From a virus, in the UHGV virus genome UHGV-1292719: 28,171 nucleotides of DNA; one strand, 5' to 3'. Below the pieces are notes generated by a model. That model saw only the letters and a list, made by a program, of their open reading frames with translations, had not been told where the DNA came from and made no database searches. The number at the start of each line of letters is the position of its first letter. The stretch's first letter is position 1. Position numbers and translations under genes: made by a program. Shown here one piece after another: positions 17,609 to 27,053 of this stretch.

Positions 17609-19810
17609 ATGCTTAATAAAAAAACAATTGCTGTGTTAATAGCTTCTACAATTCCAACAACAGCTTTAGCCGCATCATTTACTCAAAATATTGCAAAAGG
17701 AACAGAAGTCAGCAATGAGGTTATTGATGGTAAGCAGTCCGTTTATGGTAATATTACAAATAGTATGATTACTACTGGCGGGCATCAATACATTTACTCT
17801 GGAGGAGCAGCTTCTGATATTATTCTTAATGGTGGTAAAAGCACTGTAAATAACGCCGACATCAAAAATTTCAAAATAATAAACGGAATTCAGGCCTTAA
17901 ATACTGGTGCTATATCTTATTCCGCAGAAATAACTGGAACGGGTATCCAGCGTGTAAATGATGGTGCTAAATCAGCTTATAGCACATTAGCCAATGGTGG
18001 TCGACAGTATATAAATTCTGGTGGAAAGTCAGAAAACACCACTATTGAAAGTGGTGGGAGTCTTTATACTTACGCTAACGGTGAGTCCCTCAACACTACT
18101 GTCAATGATGGGGCGTTCTTTGTTAGAGGGGGGACTGCAACTAATAGCGTTATTAATGGTGGTAAACAAGTAGTAACCGAAGGAGGGATCACTACTGGTG
18201 ACATTATCAATGACGGTGGTTATCAAAATATTGGTGTAAATGGTTCTGCCTTTAATGTTGTAGTTAATAAAGGCGGCCGTCAAGATATTAATACTGGCGG
18301 CTATGCAAAAGATACAACCATCATTGGTGGACAATATGATATAGATCCAGAGGCAACTGGTGAAAATGTAAGTTTTGACGGTGGTTTAGGTTTTGTTCGT
18401 GAAACTGGAATTTTAACTGGCTATGCCACTCTAAAAAACGGTGCTGAAATTTATATGGCTGAGGGTTCTGATGCAGATATTTCACTATCTAGTCAGAGCA
18501 AGCTTTATGTTGTTAATGATATTACAAATAGCAACATGACACTGGATAACTCATCTGTTTATTTCCGTTCTTCTTTTGATGGTGAATTATCAACAAATTT
18601 AAAAGAATTTAAAACTCTGAACGTCAATAAACTAAACGCCAATAACTCCTCGTTCTTTATGAAAGTTGAAGGTATGAATGGCGATTTTCTTAATATTTCC
18701 GAGTTTTCTGGCGATAACAACACAGTTAGCATTAATGGTAGCGGTAAAGAAAGCAGTGATGGATATCATCTGATTCACGCTGGTAATAGTAGTGTTGATG
18801 CTTTTAAATTAGACGGTGGCAAAGTTGAACTTGGCTCATATGTCTATACATTAGAAAAAAATAATGATGACTGGTATTTAAGACAGCATGCTGATCAACT
18901 TTCATCCTCAGCAAAAACTGTTCTTTCAATGGCATCTTATGCATCTTCAATATTTACAAATGAATTTCATACTATCTCTGATAGATTGAATAATAGTTTG
19001 ACCGATATTGAAGGGAATCATCTTTGGGGAAGATTTATCAGCTCTGATTATCGTGTTAATAATGGTGTGAATGAACCATATAAACTTACACAAAATGGTT
19101 TTGAGTATGGATTAGGCAAAACCATTTCAAAAGAACATGGCGATTTTAGTTTTGGTATCTCCGCTGGTATTACCCAAAACAAAATAAAAGAAAAATCTGG
19201 GACTCGTTCTGATGTTGACAGTTACTCAGTTGGTTTATACGGTTCCTATATCCACAAAAACGGATTCTACATTGATGGATTAATCAAAGGAAACCGATTT
19301 GATAACACTACGGAGATTATCATTGATTCGTCCGACATTGCTACTGCTAATTTTAAACAAACTGGCTTTGGTTCTGCATTAGAATTTGGCAAATATACTT
19401 GGTTTGATAATTCATTTGTTACTCCATATGTACGAACAGAATACTTCATGGCCAACAATGAAGAAGTTAAGATTAGCAATGGAATGAAGGCTGATTTGGG
19501 CAATGACAGATCATTGAAAGGAGAAGCCGGGGTTAAATTAGGGACAAACTTAAATGTTTGGCAAAACACTAATATTACTCCATACTTAAAAGTATCACTT
19601 GAACACGAATTCATTGATGACAACTATATTAAGATCAATGACAGTGTAAAAATTAACAATGATAACTCGGGAACCATCGGGAATTATAGTTTAGGCCTTG
19701 ATGCTAAGATGGGCAAAAATGCATCTTTTTATTCTGAGCTTGGTTACTCTAAAGGTTCAAACATCGAGGTTCCATTCAACGTAAAAGCTGGTGTTCGAGT
19801 CCTCTTTTAA
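17609..19810 (+). CDS. autotransporter (type Va) adhesin-like protein: signal peptide, repetitive beta-helical passenger, C-terminal beta-barrel
   Basis: ORF 17579..19810 trimmed to MLNKKTIAVLIASTIPTTALAA; repeated ~19-aa GG-x-Q-x-I-x-GG-x-A-x-T-I motifs; C-terminus ends ...NVKAGVRVLF; AT-rich codon usage. Confidence 0.85.
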   Translation: MLNKKTIAVLIASTIPTTALAASFTQNIAKGTEVSNEVIDGKQSVYGNITNSMITTGGHQYIYSGGAASDIILNGGKSTVNNADIKNFKIINGIQALNTGAISYSAEITGTGIQRVNDGAKSAYSTLANGGRQYINSGGKSENTTIESGGSLYTYANGESLNTTVNDGAFFVRGGTATNSVINGGKQVVTEGGITTGDIINDGGYQNIGVNGSAFNVVVNKGGRQDINTGGYAKDTTIIGGQYDIDPEATGENVSFDGGLGFVRETGILTGYATLKNGAEIYMAEGSDADISLSSQSKLYVVNDITNSNMTLDNSSVYFRSSFDGELSTNLKEFKTLNVNKLNANNSSFFMKVEGMNGDFLNISEFSGDNNTVSINGSGKESSDGYHLIHAGNSSVDAFKLDGGKVELGSYVYTLEKNNDDWYLRQHADQLSSSAKTVLSMASYASSIFTNEFHTISDRLNNSLTDIEGNHLWGRFISSDYRVNNGVNEPYKLTQNGFEYGLGKTISKEHGDFSFGISAGITQNKIKEKSGTRSDVDSYSVGLYGSYIHKNGFYIDGLIKGNRFDNTTEIIIDSSDIATANFKQTGFGSALEFGKYTWFDNSFVTPYVRTEYFMANNEEVKISNGMKADLGNDRSLKGEAGVKLGTNLNVWQNTNITPYLKVSLEHEFIDDNYIKINDSVKINNDNSGTIGNYSLGLDAKMGKNASFYSELGYSKGSNIEVPFNVKAGVRVLF

Positions 19811-19826
19811 TATTCAATAATGTTAC

Positions 19827-19858
19827 CCTGTACGCCCATTATTAATTGGGCGTACAGG
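19827..19858 (+). terminator. long perfect hairpin downstream of the autotransporter gene
   Basis: CCTGTACGCCC-ATTATTAATT-GGGCGTACAGG (11-bp stem); only a weak T-tract follows. Confidence 0.45.
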
Positions 19859-19940
19859 CCTCTCATTACATTTTAATATTTAAATTCAATTCAAAATTCA
19901 CATCATAATCTATTAATTATTAAACATTAACATTCTTACA

Positions 19941-20429
19941 TCAAATCAAGCATCGCACTCTGAAGCAAGTAGCCATCTGCCTGCTTCCTTTGATCTGCGA
20001 GAAGTTTGTGGCAGTGATCACCAATCCCCCCTGTGCGCGAGCAGCTTTCAGTCCAGCTTTTGTTCGTTCAACAATCAGTTCACGCTCCATTTCAGCCAGA
20101 GCACCCATCACATGAAAGAAAAAGCGTCCCATTGAGGTACTGGTATCAATTGAATCCGTCAGACTACGAAAGTTGATGCCTCGTTCGCGCAACTCCTCCA
20201 CCAGCACGACAAGATGCCGCATACTGCGCCCCAGCCGATCCAGCTTCCAGACAACCAGAGTGTCACCTTCCGATAATGTCCTGAGCAGTTTTTTCAATCC
20301 CGGCCTTTCGGACTTTGTACCGCTTATCTTGTCTTCAAAAATCAGCTCGCATCCTGCACAGTTCAGCGCATTACGTTGTAGATCTGTGTTCTGGTCATTT
20401 GTTGACACACGTACATAGCCAATAAGCAT
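19941..20429 (-). pseudogene. pin: Din-family serine invertase (Pin/Gin/Hin-like), catalytic domain intact, C-terminal HTH domain lost
   Basis: MLIGYVRVSTNDQNTDLQRNALNCAGCELIFEDKISG...VERTKAGL is a typical resolvase/invertase catalytic domain; after ARAQG the frame diverges at a C6/G6 homopolymer (20036-20041) and ends in unrelated sequence at the junction with the AT-rich islet. Confidence 0.7.
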
Positions 20430-20455
20430 GGTAGATCTCCCTGACAAAAGCAGGG

Positions 20456-21007
20456 ATGATGCCATTTGCTCGTTATTTCTACATTTTCATAAACGTTGGT
20501 TTGGGAGAAGGCTCTGCATTACCTGTTGGGGTGCCTGTTCCGTGGCCTTCAGCCACTCCGCCAACAGGCTGGCTGAAATGCAACGGAGCAGCTTTTTCTG
20601 CTGAAGAATACCCGGAGCTGGCAAAGGCTTACCCGACAAATAAATTGCCTGATTTACGTGGTGAGTTTATTCGTGGCTGGGATGACGGACGTGGTATGGA
20701 TACGGGGAGGGCAATATTATCCGCTCAGGGCGATGCCATACGTAATATCTATGGTGAGTTCAAGACTGTAAACACCGAAAATTATTCAATATGGGAATCA
20801 GTAGGCTCTTTTAAGGGGGCAGTGGTGCCTTTGAACCCCTCAACGAACAATAGTTATTTCTCCTTAATCAGAAGTATGGTGACAGAAAGAACAGATGGCG
20901 CTGTTTACCCAAAAGTGATTGGCCTTGATGCTTCAAGAATTGTTCCAACTGCAAACGAAAACCGTCCTCGTAACATTGCCTTTAATTATATCGTGAGGGC
21001 TGCCTGA
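20456..21007 (+). CDS. alternative tail-fibre C-terminal segment (Sv'-type) inside the invertible segment; silent in this orientation
   Basis: ORF has no credible own start; from the crossover site it encodes ...NVGLGEGSALPVG..., and the expressed fibre on the other strand encodes ...[11 protein letters not shown] at the matching site. Confidence 0.6.
   Translation: MMPFARYFYIFINVGLGEGSALPVGVPVPWPSATPPTGWLKCNGAAFSAEEYPELAKAYPTNKLPDLRGEFIRGWDDGRGMDTGRAILSAQGDAIRNIYGEFKTVNTENYSIWESVGSFKGAVVPLNPSTNNSYFSLIRSMVTERTDGAVYPKVIGLDASRIVPTANENRPRNIAFNYIVRAA
20484..20509. repeat. left recombination site (hix/gix-like) of the invertible segment
   Basis: Core AAACG-TT-GGTTT; 15-bp perfect inverted repeat TTGGTTTGGGAGAAG shared with 22368-22382. 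Confidence 0.55.
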
Positions 21008-21609
21008 TGAATAAAGCCGTATTAAATAACGAACTCATTGCCATAAAAGCGGGAGTCATTACCATTTATAATTATGATGGTGAAACGCGGGAGTATATTT
21101 CCACATCAACTGAATATCTTGCGGTTGGCGTCGGTATCCCGGCATGTTCTTGTTTAGATGCACCAGTTACACATAAAGCTGGTTATGCAATCTGCCGTTC
21201 TGCAGATTTTAACTCATGGGAATATGTGCCAGACCATCGCGGTGAAATCATCTATAGCACCGAAACAGGAGAATCGAAAGAAATCACAGCTCCGGGTGAT
21301 TATCCTGAAAATACAACCACTATCGCCCCGTTAACGCCATACGATAAATGGGATGGTGAGAAATGGGTGACGGATACCGAGGCACAGCATAGCGCCGCAG
21401 TAGAAGCGGCAGAAGCACAGCGCCAGTCGCTGATTGATGCTGCAATGGCTTCCATCAGTCTGATTCAGCTGAAATTACAGGCCGGGCGGAAGCTGACGCA
21501 GCCAGAAAACACCCGACTTAACGCTGTGCTGGATTATATTGACGCGGTGACGGCAACAGATACCAGCACAGCGCCAGACGTCATCTGGCCTGAACTGCCG
21601 GAGGCGTAG
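21007..21609 (+). CDS. tfa: tail fibre assembly protein (chaperone) paired with the silent fibre segment
   Basis: 200 aa; conserved C-terminal chaperone region ...DYIDAVTATDTSTAPDVIWPELP. Confidence 0.8.
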   Translation: MNKAVLNNELIAIKAGVITIYNYDGETREYISTSTEYLAVGVGIPACSCLDAPVTHKAGYAICRSADFNSWEYVPDHRGEIIYSTETGESKEITAPGDYPENTTTIAPLTPYDKWDGEKWVTDTEAQHSAAVEAAEAQRQSLIDAAMASISLIQLKLQAGRKLTQPENTRLNAVLDYIDAVTATDTSTAPDVIWPELPEA

Positions 21610-22021
21610 GCCATTCAATATCTGGCGCACCGGAAGTATCGACCAGTTCCAGTGCGTCCAGATAATCCAGCCACAAATTATATTGCGCCAGTTCCCCACC
21701 TTTCAGGCGACCAATCGCCGCTTTACCAGGCCATTGCTTACTGTTTATGTATTCGTTGACCTGATTAATCAATTGCTGCTTTTCCAATTCGGCTGCGGCA
21801 ATTTGTTCCTCATGAGTTGGCGGTGGAATATCAATCCATGCAGGCATTCCGTCGATGACACCTCTGTATTTTCCTTCTGGTGCTTCCTTCATAAATTCGG
21901 CGGCAACAGTGTCGTCAATTTCGATTCCATCACCGGGCCATTCGCCGGATTCCTGATAAGCGATTTTAAGCTCCACAGGGAAAAACGCATTTTTATCGGC
22001 ACTGAAAATATATTTCTGCAT
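21581..22021 (-). CDS. tfa: tail fibre assembly protein (chaperone) for the expressed fibre
   Basis: 146 aa; C-terminus ...LWLDYLDALELVDTSGAPDIEWPTPP parallels the plus-strand copy. Confidence 0.8.
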   Translation of the reverse strand: MQKYIFSADKNAFFPVELKIAYQESGEWPGDGIEIDDTVAAEFMKEAPEGKYRGVIDGMPAWIDIPPPTHEEQIAAAELEKQQLINQVNEYINSKQWPGKAAIGRLKGGELAQYNLWLDYLDALELVDTSGAPDIEWPTPPAVQAR

Positions 22022-22023
22022 TT

Positions 22024-22737
22024 CTACCGTCCTATCGAAATATAACTGAATCTGTATTGCTGTGAGATATCACTGGTTGCCACACGCCACGCTGAATTAC
22101 TGATATGTTCAAAATTTACAGACAAAACCTGCGGGGCAGGATTCGACGGGTCTGACTGAACGGCATCAGACATAACACTGACTGAAACCATCGGCTGATT
22201 AGGGAATGGTATAGGGAAGTGTCCACTGATAAAGCGGGTCGTGTTTCCTGAAAAAGTGCCAAACTGAACAATATATCCACCTGGTAGCCTGAACCATCCC
22301 GAACCAGAAGCGAATGCTCCCATATCCGGTATCTGATTATCTCCTGTGCCCACATCCCTTTTCGCCGCTTCTCCCAAACCAAGGTTTTCGAGAGCCGTTT
22401 TCACCGTGCCATCCGATTTGATATCGCCAAACGGATTCTTGCGGCTCAGGTATTCAACAGCAAACCCCGATCCCAGCAATTCAACAAAACCGGGCAGATC
22501 ACCATTATCAAGCACATCCCGTTGCGTTTTGTCACTTACAAACTGGGCCAGAGCTGCAGCAATAAAGCTGGCCTGCCGAATAACCTTATTGACTTGCGCA
22601 CTGGATGCTTTCCCTGCTGTAAATCCGGATAAAAGCGCAGGCAACGCTTCCCATTCCTCCTGCGACATAACATTGGCATTCCGATCAGTTGCAAACGCTT
22701 TAAAGTCATTTTTCGCCATCAGAGTAATACTCCCCAT
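22024..22737 (-). CDS. tail fibre protein (constant N-terminal part fused to the currently expressed variable C-terminal part)
   Basis: 237 aa; N-terminal [27 protein letters not shown]...[23 protein letters not shown] is typical of Mu S / e14 Stf-type fibres; crossover site lies inside the gene. Confidence 0.75.
   Translation of the reverse strand: MGSITLMAKNDFKAFATDRNANVMSQEEWEALPALLSGFTAGKASSAQVNKVIRQASFIAAALAQFVSDKTQRDVLDNGDLPGFVELLGSGFAVEYLSRKNPFGDIKSDGTVKTALENLGLGEAAKRDVGTGDNQIPDMGAFASGSGWFRLPGGYIVQFGTFSGNTTRFISGHFPIPFPNQPMVSVSVMSDAVQSDPSNPAPQVLSVNFEHISNSAWRVATSDISQQYRFSYISIGR
22369..22394. repeat. right recombination site (hix/gix-like) of the invertible segment, inside the tail-fibre gene
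   Basis: Palindromic core AAACC-AA-GGTTT (plus strand 22376-22387); inverted copy of the left site. Confidence 0.55.
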
Positions 22738-23399
22738 GCCCCTACATCAAAACCACTGATGAATTCGTTATCCATATCAAAACCAAAAAATTTTGAACCT
22801 TCCGATGGAGTTTCCACCGAAGGTGTTTCAATGCCACCCGCCCAAACCCCGGCGGCTTTTACTGTGAGATATCCCTGTTTAATTGCAGCAATTAACTCAC
22901 GCGATACATCTGAAATATCAGTATCAGGAAAGAGCCAGACCGATATCGTCATGTCCTGGTTATCGACTATCTGCATTCGCAGTCCGGATCCTGCTGTCGC
23001 CGCGTCAAGAATTGCTGGAAGCGAATCATTCCGTCCGTCCCAGTTATTAATCGCAATCTTCGCTTTAAGGATGACACGATAAGTTTCATCGCTGAGGTAC
23101 ATGTATCCGGAATCAGGATCGTATGGCCCCTGCCATACACCCTGATCATATCCAAGCCCGTCGGTATCCCAGCTGAAATACACACCTGAGATAGGCTGGC
23201 TGACAACACGGCTACGTCCGATCCACAATCCCAGAATGTCAAGTTGCACACCAACCGCAGAGTCAATATCAAATGCAGTAATCAGCCCTCTGGTGGCAGC
23301 CGCAACATCAATAAGTGGCCGGGTCATCAGATCAACATGCGCAAGAAATTTAGGTTTGGTGGCGTGGTAGTTCGTGATTAGTTCGGTGTATTTGCTCAT
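22719..23399 (-). CDS. phage tail protein (Mu gp48 / e14 YmfQ-like)
   Basis: 226 aa between the baseplate J-like gene and the tail fibre, overlapping both; order matches Mu-type baseplate clusters. Confidence 0.6.
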   Translation of the reverse strand: MSKYTELITNYHATKPKFLAHVDLMTRPLIDVAAATRGLITAFDIDSAVGVQLDILGLWIGRSRVVSQPISGVYFSWDTDGLGYDQGVWQGPYDPDSGYMYLSDETYRVILKAKIAINNWDGRNDSLPAILDAATAGSGLRMQIVDNQDMTISVWLFPDTDISDVSRELIAAIKQGYLTVKAAGVWAGGIETPSVETPSEGSKFFGFDMDNEFISGFDVGAWGVLL

Positions 23400-24595
23400 G
23401 ACTCCACCGTTATAACGATATTTTCCGGGGTACAGGACGCAGATTCGTTGTATCTGATATCAATGTTTGATGACGACAAAGCCCCCGGGGATTTCCCAAT
23501 CGTCAGTTCCTGAATATCGTAATAGCGTGCATTCCCGCCACTCACCACGCCAAGATTCGCCGGTGAGTAAATGCGACTTAAAAGGACCGAATCACCAATC
23601 GTCAGACTATTGATATAGTCGGAAATAGCCTGCTGGATCTGCTGCCCTATCTGTGAGGTATAACCCGTAAAAACTTTTAATTTAATCAGGGCATAAACAG
23701 GCACATCACTGGAACGCGAGAATTTGATTACATGGGGATTGCCGTATTTATCCGGAACCGTAACGGATGTTGTACCGTGAGTGGCTGTCCCCTGGCCTTT
23801 ATTCCCTCTGATAGCCTGAGCAATATCCGTTACATCACCGCCATCCACAATTACAGCAACAGAGTGTGGCGGTAACCCGTTACCGTCCTCCGAACCAGTA
23901 TCGTTTTCATAGAGTTTGTGGCGGGTTACACCGGTAACATTAGAAACAGCACCATCCAGTGCTTCAAATGGGGTTATTGATGGCAACGCAACACTTTGCG
24001 ACTGGCGGATACGTAACTCAGCGTCAGTTTCTGCCGGAGTGCCCACAGTAGCCGCAGCAGGATTAGTTACCGAAACCCAGCCACGGGTTGGCGTATTAAT
24101 TTCAGTGATAGTTCCAGCCAGCGCCGCCACTGCACCACTGACGGAACATGTTGCGGTCACCATCACTGTACCATCCACTCCGACCACCACTGAAGCAGGC
24201 AAACGCCATATCACATTATTACTGTCTTTCACGCTGCCATTAATGATGGTTGTTCCGGCAGTTCCTGTAAGAAGCAAATCAACCGTAGAATTCGTCGCGC
24301 CTCTACGTGAAATACCATTTATTTTCACGTTACTGGTCAGTGAGGCCCCATAGCCGGTTGCTGGTGAAAAACAGTTGTAGACAGTTATCGCCATATTATT
24401 GGCATCATGAATTGCCAGCGCCATCAGAGCCACCATCTGACCGTCTTTACTGTCCGGTTCGAGGTAGGCATCACTACCATAAATCTGCTGAAAATAGCTA
24501 ATCAGGGTGCTGAGTATCGTCTGATAATCAGGCGCACTGATCCCCTCCGCGGTTACCTTTGCAGATAAACCGAGAGAATCAAGGTTCAGAGCCAT
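23396..24595 (-). CDS. baseplate J-like protein (Mu gp47 family)
   Basis: 399 aa; size and position (W-like, J-like, I-like, fibre) typical of Mu/P2-type baseplate modules. Confidence 0.75.
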   Translation of the reverse strand: MALNLDSLGLSAKVTAEGISAPDYQTILSTLISYFQQIYGSDAYLEPDSKDGQMVALMALAIHDANNMAITVYNCFSPATGYGASLTSNVKINGISRRGATNSTVDLLLTGTAGTTIINGSVKDSNNVIWRLPASVVVGVDGTVMVTATCSVSGAVAALAGTITEINTPTRGWVSVTNPAAATVGTPAETDAELRIRQSQSVALPSITPFEALDGAVSNVTGVTRHKLYENDTGSEDGNGLPPHSVAVIVDGGDVTDIAQAIRGNKGQGTATHGTTSVTVPDKYGNPHVIKFSRSSDVPVYALIKLKVFTGYTSQIGQQIQQAISDYINSLTIGDSVLLSRIYSPANLGVVSGGNARYYDIQELTIGKSPGALSSSNIDIRYNESASCTPENIVITVES

Positions 24596-24948
24596 TACGC
24601 CTCCGATGTAACAGTCGTTATTCCATAAAGAGTGTCGATTTCAGCGGAAAACATGACACGTCGGGTCGTGGTATCCACCGTCGTATTGAAAGAGAGGATT
24701 GATTTAACGCCCCGCGTTTCAAGGATGCGCTTACGGATCGCCAGGTTGTAGGTTTCCGGCTTCTGCTTACCGAGTACGGACTGGATCCACGGAATCCCCT
24801 CGGTGGTGTCGAGAAACCATTGCCCATACCACAATTCGAATCGCGTTTTTACCGCCTGCGCCACGGCCTCCGGTGAGTTAATCAGCCAGGTGTCATCACC
24901 GCTGCCAAAGGTGTAATCGCCATCGGCGTCTTCACGTCTGTATCGCAT
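24595..24948 (-). CDS. small baseplate protein (W / gp25-like, tentative)
   Basis: 117 aa directly upstream of and overlapping the J-like gene. Confidence 0.5.
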   Translation of the reverse strand: MRYRREDADGDYTFGSGDDTWLINSPEAVAQAVKTRFELWYGQWFLDTTEGIPWIQSVLGKQKPETYNLAIRKRILETRGVKSILSFNTTVDTTTRRVMFSAEIDTLYGITTVTSEA

Positions 24949-25721
24949 CAGTTTACTCCGTCGGTATTGCTTCCACCGCGCTGAACACCACCATGAGTGT
25001 GCGTATCATCGATTGGCTTGCCGTTAGCCTTCACGCTACCCAAAAACTCAACAGCACCAGTGATTTTTGAAGCCACACCAGAAACAACAGACCCCACCAT
25101 GCCTCCCATCCAGGTTAACAGGCCATGAATGGTTACTTTCTCAGAAAAATCAGCCAGAGGGGCAACCACATCAAGCCCCCCCGGAGCGACAATTTTAATT
25201 TTCCTGGTATCAGGATTAAGCTCAAAATAGGTGCTGCCGTCGTCACTACGCAACTGTGTGGCACTGGTATTAATACCGCTAATCTTCCTTGCCTGCGACT
25301 GGGGACCGACAATACAAAACGCATCCGATAAATCATGCATTCGATCATCGACCGGCTCCTGTATCCCGCCACTCTGCCACCAGAAATCAATACAACGATC
25401 GGCAAAAATCACCAGGCATTCATCGCCGGCTTCCACCGGGAAAGTTAACGTGCAGCCGCCGCCGCGCGGGAATACCACTGGCACATCCACCAGCAATGGG
25501 TAATTTTGGGTAATGCGGTTGCCGTCATTATCCTTTTCAACCGAACGGATCGCAGGCTGCACAACCGCTGTCACCGCATCAGGATCGAATGACTGGACGA
25601 TGCCAGGCAAAGCAACACGGATCTGGTTCTTTGTTGTGTCCCGCTCTGATTTGAATGTTTCGGCAAGGTCGCCGCTGCGGGTCGGGTCAGATAATGCCAT
25701 TTGGTAGGCTCCAGAAAGCAA
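24948..25721 (-). CDS. baseplate spike / assembly protein V-like (Mu gp45 family, tentative)
   Basis: 257 aa with glycine-rich C-terminus (GGMVGSVVSGVASKITGAVEFLGS...HTHGGVQRGG); upstream of the W-like gene. Confidence 0.55.
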   Translation of the reverse strand: MLSGAYQMALSDPTRSGDLAETFKSERDTTKNQIRVALPGIVQSFDPDAVTAVVQPAIRSVEKDNDGNRITQNYPLLVDVPVVFPRGGGCTLTFPVEAGDECLVIFADRCIDFWWQSGGIQEPVDDRMHDLSDAFCIVGPQSQARKISGINTSATQLRSDDGSTYFELNPDTRKIKIVAPGGLDVVAPLADFSEKVTIHGLLTWMGGMVGSVVSGVASKITGAVEFLGSVKANGKPIDDTHTHGGVQRGGSNTDGVN

Positions 25722-25746
25722 AAAACCCGCCGGGTGGCGGGTTTTA
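25720..25746 (-). terminator. rho-independent terminator (bidirectional hairpin) after the two-gene cargo operon
   Basis: AAAAAA-CCCGCC-GGGT-GGCGGG-TTTT; A-run and T-run flank a 6-bp GC stem. Confidence 0.7.
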
Positions 25747-25763
25747 TTAATTACTTAATAGGC

Positions 25764-26186
25764 TTAACTTGCAGTTTTTTTAGTATCAATCATACCAGCA
25801 ATAAGTGACTGCAAATCCTCTGCATCCTTGATGGTACTACAAGCATCAATCCGATTAACGTGCTTATCAAGATTATAATCAGCAATGACTCTTCGGTGAT
25901 GCGCGGTTTTGAGCTTAAGCCCAACCTTTTTGGCAGAAGTTCGGTCAAGACTATGTGCTAGAGCTGCATTCTCGCCGCAAAGATATTCAGAAAGCCTCGC
26001 ATGTACCCCACCGGGTAACTTTTGCCCTTTCTCATCTTGAGTTGGGATATAGCCATCCGTGAGCAATAACGCTGAATGATACATCGTATAATACGCTCTA
26101 CTTATCGCATTACGCGTCCACTGTTCACCGCTATTCTCAATAGAGCTTTTAGCCATCTCCAGAAAGCAGTTAATCGCTACAGGCAT
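25764..26186 (-). CDS. HEPN-like protein (140 aa), tentative
   Basis: N-terminal helix AISRAYYTMYHSALLLTDG resembles the conserved first helix of HEPN domains and contains an R-x6-H spacing; start overlaps the upstream stop. Confidence 0.55.
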   Translation of the reverse strand: MPVAINCFLEMAKSSIENSGEQWTRNAISRAYYTMYHSALLLTDGYIPTQDEKGQKLPGGVHARLSEYLCGENAALAHSLDRTSAKKVGLKLKTAHHRRVIADYNLDKHVNRIDACSTIKDAEDLQSLIAGMIDTKKTAS

Positions 26187-26917
26187 CAGTTCACCGCCTC
26201 AAAGTAAGCGACACTGCATCCCGTTTCTAGACCTCTTTCAATCATCTCATCAACGACCTTATCGTTAAGATATGAAAGATACTCTGCGTCTTCAGTTTCG
26301 ATGCCAACAGAAAAAGAACCATAACCCTCACCATCGGTAAGCAGACTGGAGGTTTTAGCACGGAGTGATTCGCTTTCCACAATGTACATCAATACATCTG
26401 CAGCTTTTTTCAAACCGTCACTCATTGGACCGCCTAAGTTGCTCAAAACTACAGCGGTTTCCAATGCAGATACATGCTTTTCTTTTTCAGTTTGACCAAA
26501 TTTCTCAAGCTTAGCGATAGCCATATCGAGAATCTCCCCATCAGCCCAGAAGGCCGCAAAATTTAAACCATGTTCGGCCATGCAGGGGAAGTCGTAGTCG
26601 AGAGCCCGAGTAAGCAACTCTCGCCGTTTAGAGTAAAGCCCAAGGTTGCTTAGTGCGCTAGAATAATTGTTCCAAGTAACAGGATCTGTCGGGCATATGG
26701 CTAGAGATGTCTCAATCGCCTCGATACCTCGCTCCACTTTGCCATCCAGCAACAGAATCAGCCCTTCAAGTGCTAGAGATTGATACCTTATAGGTAAAGC
26801 ACGGGCATCTCTCAACAACTTCTGTTTTTCAAGGTCAAGAAGCAAGATTCTTCCTGCTTCCAAGGATGGACCAAGCTTAGCGACGACTTCTCCAGTTTTT
26901 GGTTGCGCTACTGGCAT
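26186..26917 (-). CDS. alpha-helical repeat (TPR-like) protein (243 aa), tentative
   Basis: Repeated amphipathic helix pairs with W/L/G/Y/A spacing (e.g. WNNYSSALSNLGLYSKRRELLTRALDYDF); acidic C-terminus; first gene of a two-gene operon after a 136-bp intergenic region. Confidence 0.55.
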   Translation of the reverse strand: MPVAQPKTGEVVAKLGPSLEAGRILLLDLEKQKLLRDARALPIRYQSLALEGLILLLDGKVERGIEAIETSLAICPTDPVTWNNYSSALSNLGLYSKRRELLTRALDYDFPCMAEHGLNFAAFWADGEILDMAIAKLEKFGQTEKEKHVSALETAVVLSNLGGPMSDGLKKAADVLMYIVESESLRAKTSSLLTDGEGYGSFSVGIETEDAEYLSYLNDKVVDEMIERGLETGCSVAYFEAVN

Positions 26918-27053
26918 AAGGTGCTTTTACTCTTCTTAGTCATTTTGTAGTCGACGTAGTTTAAACAAGTATTAGCTGCAAGCAACAACTTTGTAAAACC
27001 ACACAGGTAGATTAGATGTAAATTTCATCCAAGTACCTAACCAGAAAGAAAGT

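Noticed and set aside
18029-19623. Minus-strand ORFs 18029..18334 and 19267..19623 inside the autotransporter gene
   Set aside because: Antisense to a long, well-structured coding region in AT-rich DNA where spurious ORFs are common.
21683-24501. Plus-strand ORFs overlapping the tail genes (21683..22045, 22346..22759, 22759..23082, 23916..24353, 24307..24501) and minus-strand ORFs 22116..22382, 22967..23272, 24618..24827
   Set aside because: They overlap the tail-fibre and baseplate genes, antisense or out of frame; the structural genes give the coherent reading.
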